64,000 nucleotides of DNA from the human T2T-CHM13v2.0 reference genome, Homo sapiens. The notes beneath the pieces were generated by a model, which was not told the origin of the DNA, ran no database searches, and saw nothing but the letters and a program-made list of their open reading frames with translations. The position numbers and the translations under genes were made by a program. The stretch is from the NCBI RefSeq assembly GCF_009914755.1, contig NC_060930.1. One strand, written 5' to 3'. Below are positions 14,136 to 27,524 of the stretch, in pieces; position 1 is the first letter of the stretch; each line of letters starts with the position of its first letter.

Positions 14136-14914
14136 AGTAATTCTCAGTGGCTTTGGTTTTCAATTATTAATGCTAGTCTGTGCAGGTAATGCCGCAAAAC
14201 GAATCTTGGAGTCATATTGCCTGTCCAGAGACTCAAGAGTGAACCTCCTCCTACCATGTGGTCCTAACTCAACTGTATTTGTAAATTACATAGGCTCCAA
14301 CCACAGCTCTAGATTTCTAACCGTCTCGCTCTACAGACACCATGGAAGGCTTTAATTGAAAACTAAGCAAACAAAGGTATAGGAGCCTGTATTATAATGA
14401 AAAATGCCTAAGTTAAAGATACAATTAAGTTAAATCTTTTAAAACCAAAGATTAAAGAGGCAATTAGTCTAGGCAATTAGACTGTGCCTACAACAGTCTG
14501 TCTCTAGGAATCAGGTTTGTTCAGGACATCAAGGAATGTCTGAAGAGGTTTTTAGAGCATGCTTCAGTGTTAGGACAGGAGCAATGGAAGAATGAGAACA
14601 CAATACACTAAGAGTAATTAAAAAAAAAAAAAGTAATTCTCAGTACAAGTTCTAATTTTTTTCGGCGGCTTCCTAACCAGCATATAGATTTCAGTTTTAT
14701 CCTCAAAGTCACATCTTCATCACTTCCCATTCAGGTTCTTGCCATGTTCTTTTGCCTTGGGGTTTTTATGCTGCATGGCAAAACTCATCAGTTGGCAATT
14801 GCCAATAGAAAGGAGGGTAGTATACTCATTTACTAAAAGACTGTGGAAAGGATTCGTTGTTGGAGTGTCCCACAGGTAGTTGGAATCAGAGTCTGTAGAG
14901 TGTTCCAAGGGAAG

Positions 14915-15340
14915 AAAAAAATCCCCTCCAAACTCAGAAAACCTTTTTCTAAAGGTATTATAGAAGGAAAAGAGAACAATTTTATTATTAAAGAACTTTG
15001 AACTAGAATGTAATAATGCTCATCACAAGCAATTGATTAAAGACATTGTAAAGACAGAAGGAAATCTTCCTCTTTTATACAGATTATAAATCTTCCTCTT
15101 TTATGTATAGCCCATTACACTTATGTTTCCAAGATAAAATTGCTGATTTTCTCATATCTTTATGACTTTGAAGTCAAGTGACAGCTGAAATTACACTTAC
15201 AATCTCCTGGAGATGGGAGATATGGCATTATCTTCCTCCATCATTACATTTCAGCCATCTGGCTTTCAGGTACTTGAGGGAACATTCCTAAATTGTGAGA
15301 CTGGCAAGAGGCTTATTTAGAATTTTACTTTCTACAAGAA
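14915..15340 (-). mobile_element. Second MER67-like LTR remnant
   Basis: Shares 'ttctcatatctttat', 'tatcttcct...attacatttca' with the 13390 element. Confidence 0.5.
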
Positions 15341-16041
15341 GGTGAAAGAACTGGGGGTGGGGGTGATGTATAGTACACTAGAGAGGTTGGGCGTGCAGTT
15401 TCACATAAGAGCTCATGTCCAGTGGGAGCAGTGGACACTCATGCCTTTGAAGGATTTTGTGAGCTTGGAAAATGTGCGTATCAAAGGTGACCAGTGAAGG
15501 CTTGAGACCGTTGTGCTCTTTCCCAATTGTTTTGTATAATTTAAGAGTCTCACTATCATTGGATAACCCTAGATAAAGGGAGGAAACTTTTCATACATGA
15601 CACAGATTGAATTTCTTATGAACTAGGAATGGGAAAAAAGTAACTCAACTCAGAGTTATTATTCTTAAAAATAGTAATATGTGACATTTTTATACCAAAT
15701 GTGGTAGAATAAAATTCAGACCTACATTTAATTATTGCCTATTTTATGCCAGTTACTGTTCCATGTAAACAAGACTGAGAAGATCTTTGCCGTAATGGAA
15801 ATCATAATGTGCTAGGAAAAATCACACAAATATGCAGATGATTATAATCAAGGAGAATAAATTATAAAGACAGAAGTACAGGAAGTTATGGATGTTGCTT
15901 GAAACCCACATTTGGGGTGTTAAGGAATGTTTACAGATGTAGGAAAGTTTAAACTGAGACCCAAAAGATGGGTGGGAATTACTACGTATATGTGTAATAT
16001 CCTAAAGGTACCATATAATATTGATTTAAAGCAGTGACCTT

Positions 16042-16336
16042 GACTGAATGTGGTTGCTCATGCCTGTAATACTAGCGCTTTAGGAGGCTGAGGTGGGTGG
16101 ATCGCTTGAGCTCATGAGTTGGGGACCAGCCTGGGCAGCGTAGCAAAACCTCATCTCTACAAAAAATACAAAAATTAGCAGGGCATGGTGGTGTGCACCT
16201 GTAGTCCCAGCTACTCAGGAGGCTGAGACAGGAGGATCACTTGAGCCCAGGAGGTTGAGAATGCAGTGAGCCATGTTGACACCACTGCACTGCAGCCTGG
16301 GCAACAAAGCAAGATCCTGTCTCAAATAAATAAAAA
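16042..16336 (+). mobile_element. AluJ
   Basis: Full dimer; TSD ag(c/t)agtgacct. Confidence 0.92.
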
Positions 16337-16941
16337 TAGTAGTGACCTCCAAGTAAAAAAAAAAAAAATCCAATTCTCTAAATATGTTTTTACAAAAGTA
16401 AGGAGGTCTGAGCTATATCTTAGAAATATTTCAATGTAAAATAGTTGAGCTTCAAAGCAGAAAATTTTCATTACCTGGAAAATACTTGTATTCATGATAC
16501 CTCATTTCCTTAATGATGTCAGATAAAATGTTCTTTTGTTTCATGAACAAGATTTGATTGATAAAAACGTTTAGAAAATTAGTTGACCAAAATGGCTGCA
16601 CTTTTCCTTCAAAAGGAGCTCACTGAGTAATTAACAGATGTAGAGAGAAATCATGATGTTACCTACCGGCAGTGATTGATGTTTCCCAGTGTCACACTGT
16701 AATGCAATTATGCGAATGCTTTGACATCTGCTGTAATAATTGACCGCACTGAAGCTGCTGCCTGCTCAGGACACTTCTTATCTATGACTGCTCTCTTATT
16801 AGGGACTGGATCATGGCTACTCTTTCTGAACACACCTGTTTAAAGGTAAATTATATGTTCCTACAGTACATCTTCTGTTGTCCACCTCAAAGGGGTCACC
16901 TAATGACAGTCTCCAAAAAATCCACATAGGCGAGTACAATT

Positions 16942-17237
16942 CTTTTTTTTTTTTTTTTTTGAGACACTCTTGCTGTGTCATCCAGGCTGGAGTACAGTGG
17001 CACAATCTCGACTCACTTGCAGCCTCAACCTCTCAGGTTCAAGGGATTCTCCCACCTCGGCCTCCTGAGTAGCTGAGATTACAGATATGTGAACCATGCC
17101 AAGCTAAATTTTGTATTTTTAATAAAGATGGGGTTTTGTCATGTTATCCTGGCTGGTTTCGAACTCCTGGCCTTAAGTGATCCACTCTTGGCCTCCCAAA
17201 GTGCTGGTTTTACAGGTGTGAGCCACCATGCCTGGCC
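16942..17237 (-). mobile_element. AluJ
   Basis: Poly-T followed by a reverse Alu dimer. Confidence 0.9.
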
Positions 17238-17270
17238 ACAATTTTCTACTGAGAAATCTTTTTTGAAATC

Positions 17271-17545
17271 AAGGTGAAATTTTACCTTTGTAATCTCAAC
17301 ACTTTGGAAGGCTGAAGAGGGAGGATCATTTGAGGCCAGGAATTCACGACTAGCCTGGGCAACATCACAAGACCCCATCTCTACTATTAAATTTTAAAAT
17401 TAGCTGAACCTGATGGCCCCCACCTGTAGTCCTAGCTACTCAGGAGGCTGAGGCGGGAGGATCACTTGTGCCCAGGAATTCAATGCTGCAGTGAGCTATG
17501 ATCGCACCACTGCATTCCAGTTAGGTGACTGAGCGAGATGAGACA
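17271..17545 (+). mobile_element. AluJ (degenerate)
   Basis: 'tgtaatctcaacactttggaaggctga...ggaggatcacttg...gcagtgagctatgatcgcaccactgc'. Confidence 0.85.
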
Positions 17546-18219
17546 GAGAAAGATGAAAGGACATATGAATAAATCCCTGCATTTTTAAATCATGAAAACA
17601 TCTTAGTGGCTATTTTTTAATAGTTCAGCTCATAGATATATAATTGGTATATTTCAGCACTTTATTAAATAAAATATATATTTCCCACAGAAGATAATTG
17701 ATGAAAGCAGAATGCTTTTCTTTTTTCCATTTAGAATAACAGTAAATTCCATTAAAATGTATTTAATTCATTGACTGGAAGTTAGGCAAAGTAAGTATGC
17801 TTAGATACTGTAAATATATGGTAAGTGGCAGATAATGGTAATCAGGAGTTTCTTTAGCTGAGCTTTTTGAAGTTAAATATTAATATATGTTGACACTATA
17901 CATCACATGGAGATTAATCCTTAAATTGAAAATATAGGTATAATTGCAACTAATCATTTTAATTGTGTAATTGCCTAGTCTGAATGGGCTGCTTGCTATA
18001 GCTGCATCGTCGTAAATTTGTAATCAGATCTAAGTGTCTTGAGGAACAAAATAATCCACCAACACTGTATTACCCACTAATAGAACTATAAAGCAATGAA
18101 GTTACAGGCAATACAGGCCCATGCAAATACGCTAAAATAATAGTTCACAGATTGTCATGGTTCTCTAAAATCTCTAGGCTGGCTATCAAGATTTTTATCT
18201 CATTCCAAATAAAAATAGC

Positions 18220-18830
18220 CTTAGCTCTTTTCAGATTATAAAATAACAAATGTTCAATTTTTGAAATTTCCATACAATACAGAAATGTAAAAGGAATAAA
18301 AATGAAATCAACTTCAATGTCTCCACCTAAAAAAAAACACTGCTAATATTTCCTTTTATATCTTCCACACTTTTTACTATCTATACAGATTTTCTTACAA
18401 AAACTGAATCGTTTTTAAACAATGTCATTCATCTTGCTCCTTTTACTTATTAAAATACTTTGGAATCTGTACATATAATCTATCTTCTTTAATGCATATA
18501 TATATTTCAATGTATATATTTTCCTTATTTATTTAACTGTTCCATTTTTAACATACATTTAGTTTCTATGTTTCTTTTTTTGCTATTAATATTACAAGAA
18601 ACACTTTGACAAAAATTCTTATACCACTTTTAAGCACTTTATTTAAATTTCTGGGCCAAAGAGGAATTATAATTTGAAGGCTTTGTTCAAATATTTGCAA
18701 ATTTTTCTCTAAAATAGTCATATCAATTTCCTATTTCATTAATAATAGATGAAACAGACTATTTCCTGTTACTTTCACCAACACTGGTTCTTATCAACAT
18801 TTTAAAATTTTGTCACACTAGTTTGGTTTT
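18220..18830 (-). mobile_element. Old L1M (mammalian-wide L1) 3' remnant
   Basis: AT-rich degenerate L1 3' motifs ('ttttttgctattaat', 'caccaacactgg'); boundaries approximate. Confidence 0.5.
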
Positions 18831-20199
18831 CTAAAGTCTAGGGTGGAATACCAAAGAGGGGACATCAGGGGTAATATAGATGTTCATGTTCTTGATTGTA
18901 ATGCTATTTCATAGGTACATACCTATGCCAAAACTCAGAAATTATATACTTCCAATACATGCAGTTTATTCCATGTGGATATGGCACTCATTTCCGGGAC
19001 TGGGGCAAGCCTAACTCAGCCCATACCGAGCTTTGGTGTCCTGGCTTTTAAATTGCTGATGACCCAGCATTGGTTTCTCCATAATCCTGTTTCTCAGCTA
19101 TAAGCCAGAGAAAAGGGGATAGGAGAAAGTGATATTAGCACTGCCATCAAAGTAAGGGAGCTTATCCCAAACCAGGGGAATGTGAAATATAAGCAAAGGC
19201 CAGGTTTGGGGAGATAGGCACAGAGCAGGGGACATACTGATTTTCACTGGGCCCCTAAAGGGCCAGCTAAGGTGACAGCACCAACTATAAGCTTCAGTTT
19301 AGAAATATGTTTAGAAATAGACATTGGATACATATGTGGAAACAAGAGAAACAAAAGGCAAAGCTGTTCAGGAAAGCAAGGGTTACAGGCCTAAAGAGAT
19401 CCAGAGCACGAAGTGCAAGTAGCACAGAATGATGAGCGTCCTGGGCTCCCCACTGGAATTGAAGAAATACAAGAGCTGTGGGAAATATAAAGCCATGGAC
19501 TTCGGTGGGAGATTTACTGCTATCATTGGCAGTGGGTGGGGTGGGGTGGGTGCCTGCTCTTTAGAAAGAGTAGAAGCTATATTCCTGAATAGGTGGCACT
19601 CAATTTAGCATGGGTTTTGGAATACCTCTATCAAGTAAGATTCTAAAGGAAATGTAATAGGCTTTAAAAATGCAGAAAAAAAATTGTTGAGAAGATAGAC
19701 TACAATTTTACAAATTTTGATAAAAATACGAGTGTTTTAGATGACATTCTCAAAACAGTGAAGCAGTTTACATAGCTGGTGAATTTTTTCCACGTGATAC
19801 AAGAAAGTGTCATGATTAACCTCCTCATGGGTGGCTATGGCTATCACCAACAGACCTTGAACTTCACAAGAGATACATTTTACTAACTGAAATGAAATTG
19901 GGGGCAACTTAGCAAAGTGAAGCTAATGATTCTTTCTCTTCTATTTTTTTCTATTAATGTCTTTGCCTACCCCTACTATAAAAAACACATGAATCTCAGC
20001 CATGTTAGTTTGTCTCAATTTTTAATCAAATACATGCCTACTTCCCATCATCTGATACATATTAAATAGCCAATGCAATCATGCCCATTTGCTATACTCA
20101 GCTCAAAGCAAAAAAAAAAAAACAGTGATGCTTTGGCATTGTCTCTTCACAATATCGAAGTGTGACAGTGTGACTTTATAGAGTTTTGTGAATAGTCAC

Positions 20200-20677
20200 A
20201 GAGTATCAGGTAGAGATTGATCAGCCATGGGGTGCTAGGTTGAATATTATTTTGGGGAGTGTCTATGAGGGTGTTTCCAGATAAGGTTTGAATCAGTGGA
20301 CTCAGTAAAGAAGATTGTCCTCTCCAGTGTAGGTAGGCATCACCCAATCCACTGAGGGCCTGAACAGAAAAAAGAGGTACAAGAAGGATTTACCCCCTTA
20401 TTGCTTCCCGCTTGCCTTGTTGAGCTGAGACATCAGTCTTCTCTTGCCCTTTGACTGGGATTTATACTACTGACTTCCTCTGGTTCTCAGACCTTCAGAC
20501 TCAGACTGGAACTACACCACTGGCTTTCCTAGGTCTCCAGCTTTGCAGATGATAGATTGTGGGACTTCTGCACCTTCATAATTATATGAGCATATATCTT
20601 ACATTAAATCTCTCTCTAGATAGATGTACAGTACATATCCCATTAGTTCTATTTATCTGGAGAAACTGGACTAATAC
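20200..20677 (+). mobile_element. MLT2 solo LTR
   Basis: 'gtgtctatgagggtgtttccagat...gaatcagtggactcagtaaagaagat'; ends ctggagaaactggactaataca; paralogous to 10756. Confidence 0.88.
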
Positions 20678-20714
20678 ATGGTCTGTTTGAATGCAAATTC
20701 CATTCTCTTGAGAG

Positions 20715-20810
20715 TCATTTATTCATTCAACAAGTATTTATTAAGGGTCCAGGCACTGGGAATACAACAGTAAATAAAGTTCTTGCCTATAAAGAATATA
20801 TATTCTGGTG
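20715..20810 (-). mobile_element. L2 3' end
   Basis: 'ttcattcaacaagtatttattaag...ccaggcactgggaatacaacagtaaataa'. Confidence 0.65.
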
Positions 20811-21522
20811 GAATTCTATCTTAAGTGTGCTATTATATTGTATTCTAGACAAACATTTCTATCCCTACCACTTGGAAATAGCTGAGTATCAGCATTTTCA
20901 TAGGAAGCACCAAAAACTGGAAAGTTTAACAGCATAAGCACTAGAGCCCGATGGAGCAATTTAGTTTTTATTTTGGTTCTGGACACATCTCATGTTTGTG
21001 ATTATCTTATCTTCATTGGAATCCAAATGGGTAAAGCTGATATCAGCCTGTGAAATGGGGATTTTCCTTCTCAGATTATTTTTTCTTCCCCTGGAAGAAG
21101 ACTAGGCTATACTAATATTCAGGGTTCACAATACTCTTTGGTTTAAAATGTATTCTGTCCGATTGAAAGAGTGGAGCAAACCTACTTAAATCCTCCTTCC
21201 TCCAGATGATATGGAAGAATAAATCAATCAATGAAAAGTAAGCAGTCACTTCTTGCATATTCTCATACACTGTGAATGCTCAGGGGACAGTTGCTCAGTG
21301 GAGGGCTCCTCAAGAAGGCTGAGGCCCAATCTAGAGTGGAACTTGGAAACTCAACTTCCACCTGCCCCAACAGAATCTGATTAACTGAAAATAGGGGTCT
21401 CAGAAAGGAAGTGGTGCCCTGCAGGAGCCATCATGTCCTGCTCACTGCCAGCACTATCTGTGCAAGACAGGAAGGTCCAGATCAAGACAGTCCCAGGGAC
21501 AAGCAGCCAGCAGGTGAAGTTT

Positions 21523-21572
21523 CTCTCCTCTCTCTCTCTGTTTCTCTCTCTCTCTCTCTCACTCTCTCTCTC
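21523..21572. repeat. (CT)n microsatellite
   Basis: Direct read. Confidence 0.9.
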
Positions 21573-23340
21573 CCCCCTGTAGTCTGGCATTCAGAATACA
21601 TAATCTGTGGAAATGTGTACTTCGATAAATGAAAGAGCTTGTCTGTGAATTAAGCCAGCCCAAAAGCCATTCTGCAATATCTCACAAATGCCAATACTTC
21701 CTCTCTCACCATTCAACTCACAAGTGTATTGTAAAAATTTAATAAAATAATTTAGTCTTAAATGGTCTAACACAGACTATGTTGCCTAATATAAATATTC
21801 ACTTGAATGTTTTAAGAAAATATCAGTTACAGTTAGTTAATCTATATAAGTGGAAATGTGTGAACATAACATAGCATGGCACAGGTATGTTATGATTTCT
21901 AGGTTAATCAGGTATGATTTCTATGTTGTAGACAATGCTTAACCATCACTCAAGTGCCACCAGTGATAGGGATAAAAGGGAAAAAAAGAATTCCTGATCC
22001 ACATTCTGGTTATTCAACCTCTCAGTTATAAAGACGAGCTAAAACTGCAAAGAACAAGATGGTTGAGTAGGTGGAACTGCCTTTACACAGGTTAAAAAAA
22101 ATCACCTTTTGACTAGCTAACCATAACCTCTTTTCTCATTTATTAATATTAACCACCACAATTCTTTAACTCTGGTGCAACTATTCTCAAAGAATAAATA
22201 CATGTATAAGAATAAAATTACAATAATTACATTCATAATACAATCACAGTAGTAATTATGCTCAATTTATTTGGGAATATGGAAAGCAGTTTTGAAAAGA
22301 AATATTTTTAAACAGCTCAAATTCATTTCTGAAAATGAATCAAATGTTTAGAAGACATTTAATTGAGCAAGAAAGATCAAAGGAGCTCCAACACAATGGT
22401 GTTCTTTAATAACTGTTTTTAACCACCCAAGGGTATAATTCTCATTGTTTCATTTAATCCTGTCTATGATTTAAGTAGCTACTTTTGCTGTTCACCAGAT
22501 TTATTGCCATAAGATACACTCCTTTCATTTTTACATCACGCTTTTGATTTAACCAAGGAAATTACTGGTAAAGGATTTAATTCTGATAAAATATGCTTTT
22601 TGAGGGGCATTTCTGGAGAGAGGGTTCAGCTTAAAAACAAAGTAAAGATACCAAATTTACTGCTGCCAATCAATGAGCTAACCTTAAAATAGTTTTTAAA
22701 TAAAGTCTGAAACTGTAATAAAGCAATGTGATGTGTTTAAATAGATTGTGAGATCACAATTCTTCTCATGATTCCTAAAAATCCCTCTTTTAATGTTTAA
22801 CACATTGTGTGCTTTAGTTGCTCTGTAATTGTAAAGAGCATATATGCTTAATTCCACTTAATTCCCAAGTTTCTTGAAGAAGTTTATTCACACAGAACAT
22901 CTCTCTCTATTACAGATCAAGGACGGTTAAAGATATTCATTCAGTAATGTCATGTTAATAGATTACAAAAATCACATTGCTGTTTTATAAACACCCTTAT
23001 AAACAATGACTTTTCCTTCTAAGTTTTAAAAATATGAAAATTTAAAAGCTCCAAGGCCATAACTATTCACTCTTAATCATGTGGCTTCTGAGAAATTTCC
23101 AACAGACCCTTTAAAAAGAGTTTAAGTAAATTTACTTACTAATTTTACACAGTCAGTGTTTTGGGGGAGGCTGCAGAGTTTTCAGCTCCAGTCAAATTCC
23201 CAACGTAGTCATTTCTGAAAATGCCCCTTGCTTACCTAAGCTTTCCAAAAACAAACCTTTGTCCTAAAAGACCTGGATTTGAGGTATTATCACATAAAGA
23301 AGCTATAGAAAATGTTTTCCATATGAAACACATTTCATAA

Positions 23341-23758
<418 letters not shown>

Positions 23759-24249
23759 TCCTGTATTTTTTTCTATCTCACTGCCTTCATATGTCCTTGC
23801 AAAGGAAAATCACAAGACCTTACTCTTCATTAAGACTCACAGGTCACACCAATCTAAATCTGATTAACTCATACCAGGAATTCCCAAAATACAATTTCAA
23901 TTTACAGAGAAAGATTAAAAGGTACATTTGGCATTTGTACTACAGGAAGAAGTCAGTAGTGGGTGAAGGGCTAACAGTTTCAGAGTGTTATTCTTTCTTT
24001 TGTAAGCTTATATAAATTTAAAAAGGCTTATGAAGTGAGTTTTCTAGCCAAGAAATTAGGGAACTAATCAATCCCTAGAAATTCCCCACTAGAAAAGCTT
24101 CGAGTCCCTGCTGCCAGGCCCTTCAGCTTAATGAACCCACAAATACACATGTCACAAAACACAGAGGCAGAAGTGGTTTGCTTGAGAGAATCAAAGTAGA
24201 ACATTTTAAAGGATGTAGCTAAAGGAGACCCAAAATCTAAGCATTTCCT

Positions 24250-25840
24250 TGTCTTCTGTCTCTTGCACAAACCCCATATCCAATCCATGAATAAGTCCTG
24301 TCAGCTCTTTACATCCAAAAATTGTCTAGGCTATCTCCTCTTCCTGCAGGTTTATGGTGGCTAGGACCCTGTGCACAAATCCCAAAACCAGCCATGAGCA
24401 AGGCTTTCATCACTGCTCAGTAATGTGGGGCTCCCAGCATGGTCACACTCAGCCTTGACTAAACCCACCTCACATCTGAATTTCCTTGCAAATATCCTTC
24501 CAGGGTATTATAATATTTGTCAGTGGTAGACTGTGGTTGAGAGCAAACTATCTGTTGAGCACTGAGTGCTTTGTTGTCCCTCCATTTGGTCCCTAGAATC
24601 TGGCCACCCTGAATATCAATAAGCATACCTCAGAGAATACAGAGGTTGTCAAGTAAACCCTGGGGCTGCTAGAGGTTCATGTGAGGACTAAGAAGTCTCT
24701 GGTGAGTGAATATGACTCCCCAGCGATCATCACCATTGCCTGCACTCCACTGCATCTCAACAGGTAGCTCCTGGAGCATTCTTTTCACAAGGTCTTCTTA
24801 ATACCAACCCTTTGTTTCTTACCTGCATCCATCAATCTCAATTCTGCACTGCCTTGAGGAAGTTGTAACTGCAAGAATATGGCCTGATTGATGCTAAAAT
24901 GTTTGCAGAGAGCTTGCCTAAGAAGGAGATCCCATGCAAAAAGAAGAATCATCAATCATCAGGAGAGGGAAGGCAGAAGGCTGAAGCTCAGAAGAAGGAA
25001 GAGAAGAAGGTAGGACTTCACTAGACTCTGGTCTGGAGGAGAAATTGCATATGTAAATAGAAATGCTGCTGAGCCCATGACTAAGGACACCTTTGTTCAT
25101 CTTCCCAAGAATACTTGCGTGTTGGATGAGTGTAGGTGCAAAATCTCCCATGAAAGCACCCTCTCTACAGTGCTATCATATTTCCAAGAGCGTTTAGTTG
25201 AGATGACTAGTATTTGTGGTATGATGAACACAGCATACCCAGCACTCACTCCGACCCTTACGAGTCCTAACCTAATCACGGGGATGCTGGACAGTGGTTG
25301 GACAAACTGAGGCAAAGGCCTTCAGTAGTGTCTTCCTCTTTAGAATCAACTTTATTTTTAGACTCTGGGCCAGAAGATTGCCTTCCCACTGAGTCCAAGT
25401 TGGAAGATGTGCTGTGAGTAAAGTAATTGGCATGGTGGTAACTGAAACCTAGAAAGGAAGAGAACTCATCACCATTTGAAAGTGTCTTCCAGAATGTAGG
25501 CAGAGTCTTCAATTGGGGCAAAATCATCAAGTCAACATTTTTTGCCATCACCTAGCGTAGTTACTCATTAAAGGAAACCAAACACTGACAACTTCCAGAA
25601 TTTGACCACTTTTCTCCATTACCATGGCTACCACCCTAGTACAAACCACCATCTTTTTCACCTCCACTAATATAGTAGCTTCCTAACTAACCTTCCTGCC
25701 TCCACATTTGTCCACTGTAGTCTGTTTCCACAAGTCACACAAGGCAATTTTTAAAAAATATCAACCAGACTATTTTATTCCTCTGCTGAAAATACTTCAA
25801 AGGTGTTCCATCACACCTAGATAAAATCCAAATTTTCTAT
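24250..25840 (+). mobile_element. L2 remnant split by the EEF1G retrocopy
   Basis: 'ccccatatccaatcc...gtcctgtcagctc...ccaaaa' (24270-24325) continues as 'ccagaatttgaccactt...ccaccctagtacaaaccaccatc' (from 25596). Confidence 0.65.
24335..25589 (+). pseudogene. EEF1G (elongation factor 1-gamma) processed pseudogene, heavily decayed
   Basis: Intronless and colinear with EEF1G: MVARTLCTNP~MAAGTLYTYP (ATG 24354); KAFITAQ*CGA~KALIAAQYSGA; LGLLEVHVRTKKSLV~LGLLDAYLKTRTFLV; KDTFVHLPKNTCVLDE~KDPFAHLPKSTFVLDE; NLITGM; VFQNVGRVFNWGKIIK~AFQHVGKAFNQGKIFK; 3'UTR gccatcacctagc and ATTAAA at 25567; many stops and frameshifts. Confidence 0.9.
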
Positions 25841-26639
25841 ACAATGGAATGTATTTAAGCAAAACCCTGACAGAGTGGGTTGAGGCCCTCCTTGCTCCTC
25901 ACTGTCTCCTGTGTCTCCCAGGTGACAACTCCTCCAATTTCTCATAAAAGACTAAACAAACCCTGCTCTCTGGGGGTCACTATTTCTACTTACTTCTTAA
26001 TTGCTGCTGTCCCCTACAGACCTCCTTATTACTCTCTTTCTTTTGACAAAGACTTTGGCATCTGGCTCATGGTCTTCCTCTTCAGCCCAAGCCCTGCCAT
26101 CACCATGAGGGACTCCAGTGCCCATCTTAACCCCTGGTCTCTGAGATTTCAGTCTCCTTATGTCTGGTTATTTTCTAGGAACTTTTGAACTCTAATTATA
26201 TTACCTCCAAAATCAGTTATTGAAATATCCCACAAATTTTCTCTTTTCCGCTGGCTAAAGTATTCCCACTTAAACCTCACTGAGATTTCTGTTTTATTAA
26301 GCAGTCTTCTTGCTTCCAAACTATTTTTTCAGTACTTTCTCCCTTAGCCATCTTTTACTCCATGACCTACAATTCAAGTAGGTTTTAAACACTTTAAATT
26401 TGTTTGTCCTCTTGTGACTAAAACTTATATTCTTTATATAGAAAAAGTCACAGAATAAAATAGAATGATTCCACTTTAAATTCATGTTTACCAACCCTAA
26501 CAGGCTTCCAGCATTACTTGGCATTCCAATTAATGATGCACTGTTCAAGTCACTCTTTCCCTCTCCAAAGTGGCTTTGATTCTCCTCCACTCCTTGAAAC
26601 TCCAATCCTCTTCCTCCCCATGCAATATTAGCAGATGAC

Positions 26640-27450
26640 CCTTAAATATTATTTGCATAAAATGTTAAAATGTAAAGGTTAATAGAATGTCAAAAATGTA
26701 CATTTTTCAATTTAAAAAATAGAAAGTAAGTGTAGTAATCACAAGCCAGTAGAGAGAAAATAGTCAAGTGATTAGCTCTATCTGACAGAAGGAAGAAACA
26801 AATTCAAAGAAAATACATAATACATAGAAAGTAATTTACCGTGGCACAAATAAATCCAAATATTTTGGTAATTTTACAAATACAAATAGATGGGTGGGAG
26901 GCAAGGGGAGGGAAAGCATTAGGACAAATACCTAATGCATGCAGGGCTTAAAACCTAGATGACGGGTTGATAGGTGCAGCAAAACAACATGGCACATGTA
27001 TACTTATGTAAAAAACCTGCACATTCTGCACATGTATCTAAGAACTTAAAGTAAAATAATAAAAAAATACAAATAGACTAAAATTTCATTTAAATGACAG
27101 AGACTTCAGATTAGATTTTTAAAAATAAAATAAAATCTAGCTATGTGCAGTTTGTGAGATATGCCTAAACCATAATGACACAGACAAGTTGAAAGTAAAG
27201 TGATGAAAAAATGTATACCAGGCAAATAATAAACAAAAAAGATGGTACATTTATTTCCATGTCATTCAAAACAAAATCAACCCTAAGGCAAAAATAATCA
27301 CTGGGGATACAGTCAGTACATGATAAAAGAACAATTCTCCAGGAGTATATAGCATATTTAAATTACAAAAAAGAAAAATTGACAGAACTACAAGAGGGTA
27401 TTTGAAAATCTGGAATTATAGTGGGAAAACTTTAATATATTTCTCTTAAT
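26640..27450 (+). mobile_element. Old L1M ORF2 (endonuclease region) remnant
   Basis: 'agacaagttgaaagtaaag...tataccaggcaaat', 'tgataaaagaacaattctccagg'. Confidence 0.55.
26891..27064 (+). mobile_element. Short L1PA (L1PA8-like) 3' end inside an older L1M
   Basis: 'gcattaggacaaatacctaatgcatgcagggcttaaaacctagatgacggg'; 13-bp TSD aaatacaaataga at 26878-26890 and 27065-27077. Confidence 0.9.
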
Positions 27451-27524
27451 AAACACATATAGCATTCAATAACATTAACATTTGTCAGGCACTATTCTAA
27501 GTTCTTTGTGTAATAATTCATTCA

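Noticed and set aside
24918-25551. Minus-strand ORFs of 72-91 aa
   Set aside because: Antisense frames of the decayed EEF1G pseudogene
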